DNA of 62,196 nt, counting the filler, from Deltaproteobacteria bacterium (lineage in GTDB: Bacteria; JAEEML01), in NCBI GenBank assembly GCA_016283195.1. It is 5 parts of 5 records of this genome, joined end to end, with 100 filler letters (N's around TTAATTAATTAA, not from the genome) between each part and the next. Parts side by side here need not be neighbours in the genome. Positions count along the whole stretch, not along the records: positions 33,942 to 50,798 come from JAEEML010000090.1; positions 50,899 to 59,122 come from JAEEML010000016.1; 3 more parts are not named here. One strand, 5' to 3'. Made by a program: the position numbers and the translations under genes. The notes below the pieces were generated by a model. It ran no database searches. It saw only the letters and a list, made by a program, of their open reading frames with translations, and was not told the DNA's origin. How positions within the stretch are numbered: the first letter of the stretch is position 1; each line of letters begins with the position of its first letter. Below, in pieces: positions 42,817 through 52,766 of the stretch.

Positions 42817-44133
42817 ATGGCTAGCGGCTTTTGGAACATTGCAAAAATCCCGGAGCTCAGAAAGAAGATACTCTTCTCCCTGGCCCTGTTGGCGGTTTAT
42901 CGCCTGGGTGTTTCCGTAACCATTCCCGGCGTTGACCGGGCGGTTATGGCCAAATATTTAAATGGTCAACAGGGTACTCTTTTTGAGTTCTTTAACTTAT
43001 TTTCCGGTAATGGCTTAAAACAACTGAGTATTTTTGCTCTTGGTATTATGCCGTACATTTCATCCTCCATTATTATGCAACTTTTGGGCGTTGTTGTTCC
43101 GGCGCTTGGTAGATTGCAAAAGGAGGGAGAGCAGGGCCGGAAGAAAATTAATCAATATACCCGTTATGGTACCATTCTGCTTTCGATTATTCAATCGGTG
43201 AGTATTGCTGCCTGGATTGCTCGTTTGCAAGTCGGTAACGATTCGGTAGTCGCAAGTCCCGGCATTGGTTTTTATCTTATGACCATACTCACTTTGACGG
43301 CCGGCACTGTTTTTATTATGTGGCTGGGCGAGCAAATAACCGAGCACGGTATCGGTAACGGTATCTCACTTATCATCTTTGCCGGTATTGTGGCCGGATT
43401 GCCCGGGGCTATTTCTGAAACATTGCGTTATTTGCAAGAAGGCCTCATGCAGCCGGTAACCGCCCTGATTATTGTGGCGATTATGGTGGTGGTTATTGCT
43501 CTTATTATCTTCTTTGAGCGTGGGCAACGGCGTATTCCCGTGCAATATGCCAAGCGCTCGGTCGGTAGCCACTCTTATGGTGGCCAGAGCACCCACTTGC
43601 CCTTAAAGGTAAACTCGGCCGGTGTTATTCCGCCGATTTTTGCCTCTTCTCTTTTGATGTTCCCGGCGACCATTGCCCCGCTTTTTGGCGATAGCGCCGT
43701 CTTGGAGAAGATCACCACTTTCCTCCGCATGGATGGGCTTGGCTATAATACCCTTTATGTGCTCTTCATCATCTTCTTCTGCTATTTCTACACCGCGGTT
43801 ACTTTTAACCCCGATGATGTAGCGGATAATTTGAAGAAATATGGCGGTTATATCCCCGGTATTCGTCCCGGAAAAGCCACAGCAGAATATATAGATATCG
43901 TGCTGACTCGCATAACACTGGCCGGTGCTATATATATTTCGGCTGTTTGTGTACTGCCCACTATTCTCATTTCTCATTATGAGACGCCTTTCTACTTTGG
44001 CGGAACTTCGCTCCTCATTGTTGTCGGCGTGGCTCTCGATACTGTGCAGCAGATTGAAAGCCATCTTATTACCCGCAATTATGAAGGTCTAACCGGGGCT
44101 AATGGTCCCAGAATTCGTGGCCGCCACGATTAA
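42817..44133 (+). CDS. secY: preprotein translocase SecY
   Basis: [51 protein letters not shown]. Confidence 0.99.
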   Translation: MASGFWNIAKIPELRKKILFSLALLAVYRLGVSVTIPGVDRAVMAKYLNGQQGTLFEFFNLFSGNGLKQLSIFALGIMPYISSSIIMQLLGVVVPALGRLQKEGEQGRKKINQYTRYGTILLSIIQSVSIAAWIARLQVGNDSVVASPGIGFYLMTILTLTAGTVFIMWLGEQITEHGIGNGISLIIFAGIVAGLPGAISETLRYLQEGLMQPVTALIIVAIMVVVIALIIFFERGQRRIPVQYAKRSVGSHSYGGQSTHLPLKVNSAGVIPPIFASSLLMFPATIAPLFGDSAVLEKITTFLRMDGLGYNTLYVLFIIFFCYFYTAVTFNPDDVADNLKKYGGYIPGIRPGKATAEYIDIVLTRITLAGAIYISAVCVLPTILISHYETPFYFGGTSLLIVVGVALDTVQQIESHLITRNYEGLTGANGPRIRGRHD

Positions 44134-44161
44134 GGTGAACCTCTAACGGAGGGTTATATTT

Positions 44162-44202
44162 AAAGGGGTTCGGGAGGCAGGTACTTCCGAGCCCCTTTAT
44201 TT
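44162..44202 (+). terminator. intrinsic terminator after secY
   Basis: AAAGGGGTTCGGGAG-gcaggta-CTTCCGAGCCCCTTT followed by ATTT. Confidence 0.8.
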
Positions 44203-44225
44203 GTATATGAAGAGGTAGATATTAA

Positions 44226-47057
44226 ATGGCTTCTGCGCGCAGTAAAAAAAGCTCTGGGCCAAGCGATAATAGTAAAGCGGAAGTTAGCGGTGAAATCGGT
44301 ACTTTGCGCTTAGTTTTGGTCTTGGCACTTTTGGCCCTCAGTGTCCTTAGTGCTCTGGCGCTGCTTACCTATAATTCTCAGGATCCGTCGCTTAATAGTT
44401 CCATGCCGGGGACCAAGGTGCATAACTGGGTGGGGCTGGCCGGTAGTTATAGCGCCGATTTTATTCTGCAAATTTTTGGTTATATAGCCATTTTCTTCCC
44501 GCCTTTGCTCTTTTGTGTGGCCTTTTTTACTTTGAAAAGAGTGCCGCAAAAAAAATTTATCAGCCCTCTTATTGGCCTTGGTTTAGTCTTTTTTGCCATT
44601 GGCGCTCTTATCACGCTTTCCTGGCAAAATTGGGAAATGCAGCCTTTCCCGCCCGGCGGACTTTTGGCGCAAATATCCGTCAATTCCCTAAAACCTTATA
44701 CCGGCGGTCCGGGGACGGTTATTATTATGGTTGTTCTCTTGGCCATGGGGCTCGTTATCGGTTTTGGGCCGCTGGCCGAGAAGCTGGGCGTTGGTACCAT
44801 AGTCTTCTTGTGGTCTTTTTTCCGCAAAGCTATAGCTTGGGTGCAAAATAAGCGCCAATTTACCCCCGAACCGGACGAGCCGATATCATTAAGAAATGAG
44901 CCGGAAATTACCGCCAAGTTGGCCGACCAGGTGGATTCTGCTGATGACAAATGGACCATTTCTCCCGGAGCCACTGTTGAAGCCGCTTTGGAACATGACG
45001 ATGACATCAAAGTATTGGTGCCGGCTGTTGCGCCGGAAGAAGCGGTTATCGGTGCTTTAGAGCCTAATCCCGAGGAGGAAGCAGAAGCCCCCTCTGATGA
45101 AGATATTCCCGAAATGCCCTATCCGGTAGCCGACTCGGCAGCAAATGACCAAGCAGAAGCTGAAGAGCCGGTAATGACTATACCTGAGCCAGACGCCTCG
45201 GAATGTGCTTTGGCAGCGGCAGAAAATGCCGGTGGAGAGCCGGCTAAAGAGATAGCGCAGGAACCATACGAAGCGCCCATAATAGATATGTCATTGCAAC
45301 AGAAAAGCTATGTGGCCGAGCCGGAAGAGGAAGAGGCACCCTTTGCTTTTGACGATGACAGCCTGGGGGTGACTTTTAGCCCGGCGCCGATGAGCGATGA
45401 AGTAAGTGCCGAGTTTATTATTGATAAGCCGCAAGATAAACCCCGGCCGGCTCCGGCTCTCAGTGATCTTTTAGCCGCGGAAAAAGCCGCCGGGCCGGAA
45501 ATTATTGAACTAAATAACAATGCCGACAGCAAAGATATTGAAAAAGCGGCTAAAACCATGCGCCGCGAGATGCGCGAGGAGCAAAAGGCGGCTTTAAAGC
45601 CCTTCGAGCGGCCGCCGCTGGAATATCTTAATTATAAAGAGCCGGAAAAACACGAGATAGATCGCGCCGCTTTGCAAGAAAACGGCCAAAAGCTCATAGC
45701 CACTCTGGAGAGTTTTGGCATTAAGGGGATTATTCGCGAAATCCGCGTAGGGCCGGTGGTAACGCTCTATGAGTTTGTGCCGGCGCCGGGCATAAAAATT
45801 AGTAAAATAAGTGCCCTCGCCGATGATATTGCCATGAGCATGAATGCTATGCGCGTGCGTATTGTGGCGCCCATTCCCGGCAAGGGGGCGGTGGGTATAG
45901 AAATTCCTAATTTACACCGTCAAATAGTCTATTTGAAAGAAATTATCGCTTCCGAGCAATTCCAAAATAGTCGCTCTGTGCTCACTCTTTGTTTGGGCAA
46001 GGATATTGAGGGCGTGCCTTATGTGGCTGATTTGCAAAAAATGCCCCATCTCCTCATTGCCGGCGCCACCGGTACCGGTAAAAGTGTGGGTATCAATGCC
46101 ATGCTCACCAGTATTCTCTATAAAGCGACGCCCGAAGATGTGCGCATGATTATGGTTGATCCCAAGCAGCTGGAACTCTCTATTTATGAGGGCATTCCCC
46201 ATTTGCTCCTGCCGGTTGTTTGCGATCCTAAAAAAGCGGCTCTTGCTCTCCACTGGGCGGTGGAAGAAATGGAGCGGCGCTATACCATGATGGCCGAACT
46301 CGGCGTGCGCAATCTGGCAGGCTATAACGAGCGCATTAAAGAACTGCCGCCGGAAGATCTTATTTCCAAAGAGGGACAGGAATTTGTCCACTTGCCTTAT
46401 ATCGTGATTCTTATTGATGAATTTGCCGATCTTATGATGGTGGCTTCCAAAGAAATCGAGACCTTTGTAGCCCGCCTCGCCCAAAAGGCCCGCGCTGCCG
46501 GTATTCACCTTATTTTGGCTACCCAGCGCCCCTCGGTTGATGTTATCACCGGCACTATTAAAGCCAACTTCCCTTCGCGTATCAGCTTCCAGGTGAGTTC
46601 CGGCCACGATGCCAAAACTATTCTTGATACCGTTGGCTCCGAGCATCTTCTGGGTATGGGCGATATGCTCTATATGTCGGCCGGCGGCTTTGGTCTTACT
46701 CGTGTGCATGGCGCTTTGGTGACCGAGAAAGAAATCGACAAAGTAGTGGCTTTCTTAAAAGCTCAGGGTGAGCCGCAATATGATGAATCTATTTTGGAAG
46801 CGCCGGCTGCCGAAGGTGGCGATGAAGGCGAGGGCCAGGGAGAGCGACAACTTGATGAGATGTATGACAAAGCTATAGCTTTTGTGGCCGAAAAACAAAA
46901 AGTCTCTATTTCCCTATTGCAGCGCTATTTGGGGATTGGCTATAACCGCTCGGCCCGCATTGTGGAGCAGATGGAGAAAGACGGTATTGTCGGCCCGGCC
47001 AACGGCAGCAAACCGCGCGAAGTTTTGGTGCCCCCGCCGCCGGAAGGTGGATATTAA
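44226..47057 (+). CDS. ftsK: DNA translocase FtsK
   Basis: N-terminal 4TM domain, acidic linker, PHLLIAGATGTGKSV, DEFADLMM, ATQRPSVDVITG, gamma domain LQRYLGIGYNRSAR. Confidence 0.97.
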   Translation: MASARSKKSSGPSDNSKAEVSGEIGTLRLVLVLALLALSVLSALALLTYNSQDPSLNSSMPGTKVHNWVGLAGSYSADFILQIFGYIAIFFPPLLFCVAFFTLKRVPQKKFISPLIGLGLVFFAIGALITLSWQNWEMQPFPPGGLLAQISVNSLKPYTGGPGTVIIMVVLLAMGLVIGFGPLAEKLGVGTIVFLWSFFRKAIAWVQNKRQFTPEPDEPISLRNEPEITAKLADQVDSADDKWTISPGATVEAALEHDDDIKVLVPAVAPEEAVIGALEPNPEEEAEAPSDEDIPEMPYPVADSAANDQAEAEEPVMTIPEPDASECALAAAENAGGEPAKEIAQEPYEAPIIDMSLQQKSYVAEPEEEEAPFAFDDDSLGVTFSPAPMSDEVSAEFIIDKPQDKPRPAPALSDLLAAEKAAGPEIIELNNNADSKDIEKAAKTMRREMREEQKAALKPFERPPLEYLNYKEPEKHEIDRAALQENGQKLIATLESFGIKGIIREIRVGPVVTLYEFVPAPGIKISKISALADDIAMSMNAMRVRIVAPIPGKGAVGIEIPNLHRQIVYLKEIIASEQFQNSRSVLTLCLGKDIEGVPYVADLQKMPHLLIAGATGTGKSVGINAMLTSILYKATPEDVRMIMVDPKQLELSIYEGIPHLLLPVVCDPKKAALALHWAVEEMERRYTMMAELGVRNLAGYNERIKELPPEDLISKEGQEFVHLPYIVILIDEFADLMMVASKEIETFVARLAQKARAAGIHLILATQRPSVDVITGTIKANFPSRISFQVSSGHDAKTILDTVGSEHLLGMGDMLYMSAGGFGLTRVHGALVTEKEIDKVVAFLKAQGEPQYDESILEAPAAEGGDEGEGQGERQLDEMYDKAIAFVAEKQKVSISLLQRYLGIGYNRSARIVEQMEKDGIVGPANGSKPREVLVPPPPEGGY

Positions 47058-47168
47058 ACTAAAATAATTTGATACTTTTTAATAAGTTGCCATATACTTA
47101 AAATTATAATAATACATAGCCATAATTCAGGCTTTAATGTCTAAAGCCTTTTAAAAAAGGAGTTTTCT

Positions 47169-47612
47169 ATGAAAATGCAAAAAGTAATTATCGTTGCCTC
47201 TTTAGTCGCTGCCTTTGCCATGTCTGCTTGTACCGATATAGATGAGATGGCGAAAACTGCTTGCCAATTTCGCTATGATTGCAATGTTAAAAATTGCAAA
47301 GCCGGTGATAATAATTGCAAAGTAGCTCTTGAGAATGAGTATAATAACTGCCAGGAAGATGTTGAGATTTCCAGTGAAGCCCGCAAACATGTTTCCAATA
47401 AATGTGCTGATGCCATGGAAGAGCAGATTGCCTGTTATTCCGATTCTGTCAGATGCCGGGCGGAGGAAACTTCGATTGGCGGCGAAGTGGTAACTGTATA
47501 TAATTTAATTTATGCTACTGAATGTAACTACTTGGCTGAATTTGTAAAAGAAAAATGTACACCGGAAAAAGAAAACGTCATCTACATTGAAAAAGATGAT
47601 GATAACAACTAA
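47169..47612 (+). CDS. small Cys-rich lipoprotein
   Basis: RBS AAGGAG, lipobox MSAC, ten further Cys. Confidence 0.78.
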   Translation: MKMQKVIIVASLVAAFAMSACTDIDEMAKTACQFRYDCNVKNCKAGDNNCKVALENEYNNCQEDVEISSEARKHVSNKCADAMEEQIACYSDSVRCRAEETSIGGEVVTVYNLIYATECNYLAEFVKEKCTPEKENVIYIEKDDDNN

Positions 47613-48466
47613 TTACTTCCGGCCTCTTTAAACCAATCTAAAATAGCTTTAAGCCCTGGCTCGCGATAAGGCGCTTCGTTTAATACTTCATGGTAACAAT
47701 TTTCCACTAAGCGAAATGTTTTTTTAGTGGGCACTTGGTCCATAAAATTAGCTGTTACTGTCGGCAGAGCCAGTTTATCGGTGTCGCCGGCCCAGCAAAA
47801 GAGAGGCACGCTCACGTCGCCGGCATGGGAGAGGACATATTTTTGGCATTTTTCCGAAGCTCTGAACCAGCCGGTAGTAGTGCGGCGCACCATGAGGGGA
47901 TCTTCGTCGTATTCCTTGATGATTTCCGGATTTTGCGTGACATCTTTGCCGGTAAATGTTGATTTTATGGCAAAAATGGGGCAGATGACGCCGGCTATTC
48001 TGGCTAAAGTAAAAATAATTTTGGGCAGAGGAATATTGCATCCTAAATAGGGGCTTGTTAAGGCTGCCGCTTTGAGGTTTTTAGGCAACGGGCTCTCTAA
48101 ATAGCGGGCAGTAATGAGCCCGCCCATGCTGTGGCCAAAGACAAAAAGCGGCAAATCTTTAAGCGCAGGATTGGCCTCTTCGGCTTTGGTGAGGGCGGTA
48201 TTTAATGCTGCCAAATACTCACTATAATCGCCGATATGAGCGCGACGGCCATAAGTTAAGCCGTGGCCTGGTAAATCATAAGTGGTGACAGCAAAACCGT
48301 TTTCGGCAAAAAAATGGCCCATAAAAGCATAGCGGCCGCTGTGTTCGCCGTAGCCGTGAGTGATGAGCAGATGGGCAACGGGAGCAGCGGCAGGCAGGTA
48401 ACGGCGAGTGAAAATCCGCCCTTTAGCTGTTTCGATATACTCTTCTTTGGTGGCAATATCAGTCAT
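47609..48466 (-). CDS. alpha/beta hydrolase (lysophospholipase/monoacylglycerol lipase-like)
   Basis: HGYGEHSGRY, DLPGHG, GHSMGG, HEVLNE. Confidence 0.9.
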   Translation of the reverse strand: MTDIATKEEYIETAKGRIFTRRYLPAAAPVAHLLITHGYGEHSGRYAFMGHFFAENGFAVTTYDLPGHGLTYGRRAHIGDYSEYLAALNTALTKAEEANPALKDLPLFVFGHSMGGLITARYLESPLPKNLKAAALTSPYLGCNIPLPKIIFTLARIAGVICPIFAIKSTFTGKDVTQNPEIIKEYDEDPLMVRRTTTGWFRASEKCQKYVLSHAGDVSVPLFCWAGDTDKLALPTVTANFMDQVPTKKTFRLVENCYHEVLNEAPYREPGLKAILDWFKEAGSN

Positions 48467-48497
48467 AGTTCTCTCCTAAATTAGAGAAATAAGCTTA

Positions 48498-49229
48498 TTA
48501 TTGGTCGGCAAAAATTTTATCTCTGAAAATAGCCGGAATGTGGGGAGCTTTTTCGCTGGAGTAGAAGTCCATGAGGAGATCTTTATAAGAGCGGCCCGTA
48601 GCCTGTAAAGCACTGGCAGCGAGAGATAACTCATCGGCCAAAACCGGCATGACGGAAAAGCCGGTTAAAGCATATACTTCGCTTAAAGTGAGGAAATATA
48701 CGGCATAAGCCGGGCGGCTTTTGCTATCGGCTTCGGTAAGGCAATTGGCCAGCCCGCGAGAAGAGCAAATGGCTGCGCTGTCGTTGCGGCAAGCCAAAGC
48801 GGCCTGGGTGGCCATCTCAGCTAAATCAAGATAAATATAGCGCACTTTGGCCAAATCTTCGGCCGGGAAATTGCCTTCTTTTAGGTGACGGTAGATGAGG
48901 GCGGCGGCTCCGCTATATAAAGCGCATTTTTCTTCATCGCCGGTTACATCACGGGCGGCTAACCAACCGAGAGCTTCTTTGGCCTTTTGGCCCATATCGC
49001 CGCTGGTGCCATCATAAAAAGCTAAAAATTCATCGGCTGTAGAATTAATACTGGCGTTAGCGGCTGGAGCGACCGGGCTCTCAGCTATAGGAGCCGCTGC
49101 GGCTTCTATAGCCGGTGATGCGGCCGCAGAATTGGCATCAGCGGCGGCCGGGCCGGCAGTAGGAGCAGCTTTTGGACCACAGGAAGCTATAATGAGAGCA
49201 AAGACTAAAAAATATTGGCTATGTTTCAT
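48498..49229 (-). CDS. hypothetical lipoprotein
   Basis: RBS GGAGG, lipobox IASC, Ala/Pro tether, helical domain. Confidence 0.72.
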   Translation of the reverse strand: MKHSQYFLVFALIIASCGPKAAPTAGPAAADANSAAASPAIEAAAAPIAESPVAPAANASINSTADEFLAFYDGTSGDMGQKAKEALGWLAARDVTGDEEKCALYSGAAALIYRHLKEGNFPAEDLAKVRYIYLDLAEMATQAALACRNDSAAICSSRGLANCLTEADSKSRPAYAVYFLTLSEVYALTGFSVMPVLADELSLAASALQATGRSYKDLLMDFYSSEKAPHIPAIFRDKIFADQ

Positions 49230-49425
49230 AATTCCTCCACCACAGGGAGTTGTAGCCCATCTTTTTGGCTTTTACAAGCGGGGAGGGAAAAAATATTCTA
49301 AACTCTTCACAAAAGGGCCGCGTTGTGCTTTAAAGAGGCCAGAGAAAGCCCGGCCGACGGCGGCTCAGGCGTAACAGTTTTAGCACTCGCTGGAGAGTAG
49401 CTATCTGCTTATAGATGAGGGTAAT

Positions 49426-49779
49426 ATGGATAGTTCAATATTTAATACTTTCTTGGTTTCCTGCACGACATTCGGTGTAGTTTTTGCAGTTTTTGCCATA
49501 CTCTATTTTGTGATGTTGGCCATGAGTTTGGTGAGCCGCTTTGAAAAGCCAGAGCCGGCGGCAGCTCCGACTGCTGTTGCTCCGGCGGCGGCAGCGGCGG
49601 CTCTGCCCGGCGCGGTAACTCCGCAAATTATCGCCGCTATCACTGCCGCTATTGTGGCTGATCTTGGTACCGATAATTTTACTATTACCAGTATTACTCC
49701 TGTTGCCAGAGTGGGGGGGAGCGGCAGTGCTGCTTCGGCCTGGGCCAATCAGGGGCGCAATCAGCAAATGAAGGGCTGA
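49426..49779 (+). CDS. Na+-translocating decarboxylase gamma/delta subunit (OadG/MmdD family)
   Basis: N-terminal TM GVVFAVFAIL, Ala/Pro linker, IIAAITAAI, C-terminal SAWANQGR; directly before the beta subunit. Confidence 0.85.
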   Translation: MDSSIFNTFLVSCTTFGVVFAVFAILYFVMLAMSLVSRFEKPEPAAAPTAVAPAAAAAALPGAVTPQIIAAITAAIVADLGTDNFTITSITPVARVGGSGSAASAWANQGRNQQMKG

Positions 49780-49829
49780 TTAAGCAATTAAACAGTATTG
49801 CAAACATATAACGCATATTAGGTGAAAAA

Positions 49830-50798
49830 ATGGGAATGATAATCGAGCGTCTTGGTGAACTTGTTATGAGCTCCGGTTTTGCTAATCTTAACCCCGGAGC
49901 CTGCATAATGATTGGTGTGGGTTTGGTGCTGCTCTTTTTGGCTATTCATTTTAATTTTGAGCCACTTTTGCTCATCCCCATCGGTTTTGGAGCCATTTTG
50001 GTTAATTTGCCCGGTTCCGGCATCTTTGCCGAAGCCACTGCCGAGCATTCGGCCGGCTTTTTGCGCATGATTTACAATGTGGGTACCATCACCGAGGTTT
50101 TCCCCATTATTATGTTTTTAGCTGTGGGCGCCCTTAATGATTTTGGCCCCATGCTCTCCAATCCCAAAACCATGTTTTTGGGCGCCGCTGCCCAATTTGG
50201 CGTTTTTGTAGCTATGTTTTTGGCTGTGGCCTGGGGCTTTGACATTAAAGCAGCTGCGGCTATCGGCATCATTGGCGGCGCCGATGGCCCAACATCTATT
50301 TATATGGCTTCCAAAATGGCTCCGGAACTAATGGGCGCCATTGCTGTAGCTTCTTATTCTTATATGTCTTTGGTGCCCCTTATTCAGCCGCCGGTTATTC
50401 GCCTCTTAACCACTAAAAAAGAGCGCTCGGTAAAAATGACCGAGCTCCGCAAAGTTTCCAAAAAAGAGAAAATTCTTTTCCCCATCGTGGTGACTATAGT
50501 CATCGGCCTCATTTTGCCTTCGGCGGTGCCGCTCCTCGGTATGATGATGTTTGGCAATCTTTTGCGCGAATGCGGCGTGGTCGATCGCCTCTCCAAAACA
50601 GCGCAAAACGAAATTTGCAATATCACCACCATCTTTTTGGGTATTAGCGTGGGCGCTACTATGGGGGCTGAGAGCTTTTTGCAACCAACTACTCTAAAAA
50701 TTATCGTTATGGGTCTTGTGGCCTTTGTTTGCGGCACCGCCGGCGGTGTGCTTCTCGGTAAATTGATGTATCTCTTATCCGGCGGCAAAATTAACCCC
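49830..50798 (+). CDS. Na+-translocating decarboxylase beta subunit (OadB/MmdB/GcdB family; 3' cut by gap)
   Basis: FEPLLLIPIGFG, GAAAQFG, IGIIGGADGPTSIY, SYSYMSLVPLIQPP, GGKINP. Confidence 0.95.
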
Positions 50799-50898
50799 NN
50801 NNNNNNNNNNNNNNNNNNNNNNNNNNNNNNNNNNNNNNNNNNTTAATTAATTAANNNNNNNNNNNNNNNNNNNNNNNNNNNNNNNNNNNNNNNNNNNN
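50799..50898. other. artificial contig linker
   Basis: N run + TTAATTAATTAA + N run. Confidence 0.98.
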
Positions 50899-51349
50899 GG
50901 GGGGGATTCTTAAAAGAAGAGGGCTCAGCGATATACATAGACGAGAGTTCAATGGCATTGGAAGCACGAATGGAACCGCCGGCCTCCGGATCTTCCTGAG
51001 CGGCAGTATCACAATTATTCATGCCGCCAAGGGCCACCAGCGGATCCAGCTCAATATCGACGGCAAGCAGTTTTTCCATAAGCTCATTTACCGGCAGCCC
51101 GCTTAAAATAAGCTTTTTGTCGCCGGGGGTTACCGAGATTTTTTCAATGCCGTTTTTTAACCCGGCGGCAATAATCTCCAAATCTTGGCCCTCAGCAAAG
51201 TTTAGAGTAATCGCATTTTCTCCCATTTCATAGCTTGTGGCCACCCCGGGAGCAATTCCGCTCTCGGTTTTGCTTAGCAATTTGTCGCCCATGGCAGAAA
51301 AAGGCAAAAGAGATAAAAGGATAAATACTAATGAAGCTTTATGTTGCAT
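50899..51349 (-). CDS. hypothetical secreted protein (3' cut by gap)
   Basis: GGAGG RBS, signal-peptide-like N-terminus, frame open to the gap. Confidence 0.65.
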
Positions 51350-51478
51350 GACAGCCTCCCAAAAGCATTTTTATTTTAGCCAAGTAGCCAACTTGACCGC
51401 AAGTCTCTATTTTGTACTTTCAATTTATTTTCATTAAGGCTACTCTGGCCGGGCCGTCTGCCGGTCGGGAGGAACATA

Positions 51479-52765
51479 ATGGATAACGGTGTAAGTGAAG
51501 AGTTCGGTAAATATGTCCTTTTAGAACAAATAGGCCAAGGTGGTATGGCCGAAGTCTTTTTGGCCAAACAGGTAGGTGTTGAAGGCTTTGAGAAGTTTGC
51601 CGTTATTAAACGCATCCGTCCCCAGTTCAGCCAGGACGCCAGCTTTGTGGAAATGTTCTTAAACGAAGCTAAACTGGCCGCTCGTTTAAGCCACAGCAAT
51701 ATTGTGCAAATATATGAGCTGGGAGCTATTGAGGACAGCTATTTTATCGCCATGGAATATATAGCCGGCCGCGATATGAGCGCCGTTATCCCCAAAGCCA
51801 GAGAGGCCGGCATTGATTTTCCCTTTGAATATGCCTTAAGAGTGGCCTCCAATGTCTGCGAAGGGCTCTATTATGCTCATAACCTCACCGATGCCAACTG
51901 GCAGCCGTTACATATTGTCCACCGCGATATTTCTCCGGAAAATATCCGCATCGGCTGGAATGGAGTGGTAAAAATTCTCGATTTTGGAATCGCCAAAGCA
52001 GCCACCCAGCTAAACGAAACCAGAGCCGGTGAGGTAAAAGGCAAACTGGGCTATATGTCGCCGGAACAGGTTTTGGGCAAACCGCTGGATAACCGCAGCG
52101 ATATTTTTTCTCTCGGCGTCGTGCTCTACGAATGGATTACCGGCATCAGGCTCTTTGCCGGCGATAATGAGCTCTCCATTATGAAAAATATTGTTGACGG
52201 CCACATTTACCCGCCTTCGTATTTTAAAGACGATTTGCCAGAAGCGGTGGAAAATATTGTGATGAAGGCTCTGGAAAAAGACCGTGAAAAACGCTACCAG
52301 AGCGCCTTTGAAATGCAGCTGGATATTGAGAATTTCTTAGCTTCGCACGTTTTTACCCCCTCCAATATCCACCTTTCCAACTTTATCAATCAGCTTTTTA
52401 AAGAGGAGATTGAGGCCGAAAAAGAACGGCTTGCCGGCTATAATCAGCTGGTAGCCGAAAACGCAGAACCGCTCCCCGTAATAAGCACTCAGACCGGCAC
52501 TGTTACCACCGGCAAAAAGATGGCCCTCGCCCAGAGCGGCAGTTTCGCTCAGGTTTCTTCGCCCACACAAAAGACCAACCTCTTTAATTCCGTCTCCGGA
52601 GTTATCCGCCAAAATCCGCAAGAGGGCGAGATGGACGTCATTGCTCATCTGGACAAAGAAACAGCCGCCCGTTTAAGAGCTCTCAGTGCCCGCACCGGTA
52701 TCGCCATAGGCCCACTGGTAACCGATATGATAATGAATATAACGAGATATTTGCCGGAGGAATAA
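51479..52765 (+). CDS. cytoplasmic Hanks-type Ser/Thr kinase with C-terminal ribbon-helix-helix-like segment
   Basis: GQGGMAEVF, VIKRI, HRDISPEN, DFGIAK, GKLGYMSPE; no TM; tail VIAHLDKETAARLRALSARTGIAIGPLVTDMI. Confidence 0.92.
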   Translation: MDNGVSEEFGKYVLLEQIGQGGMAEVFLAKQVGVEGFEKFAVIKRIRPQFSQDASFVEMFLNEAKLAARLSHSNIVQIYELGAIEDSYFIAMEYIAGRDMSAVIPKAREAGIDFPFEYALRVASNVCEGLYYAHNLTDANWQPLHIVHRDISPENIRIGWNGVVKILDFGIAKAATQLNETRAGEVKGKLGYMSPEQVLGKPLDNRSDIFSLGVVLYEWITGIRLFAGDNELSIMKNIVDGHIYPPSYFKDDLPEAVENIVMKALEKDREKRYQSAFEMQLDIENFLASHVFTPSNIHLSNFINQLFKEEIEAEKERLAGYNQLVAENAEPLPVISTQTGTVTTGKKMALAQSGSFAQVSSPTQKTNLFNSVSGVIRQNPQEGEMDVIAHLDKETAARLRALSARTGIAIGPLVTDMIMNITRYLPEE

Positions 52766-52766
52766 C

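Noticed and set aside
49295..49312. Possible second Rex site ATTCTAAACTCTTCACAA
   Set aside because: Only the right half matches; the left half matches 3 of 7 positions.
49380..49403. CIRCE-like TTAGCACTC-N6-GAGTAGCTA upstream of the OadG-like gene
   Set aside because: Spacer is 6 rather than 9, the right arm has an insertion, and the downstream gene is not a chaperone. At most a small hairpin.
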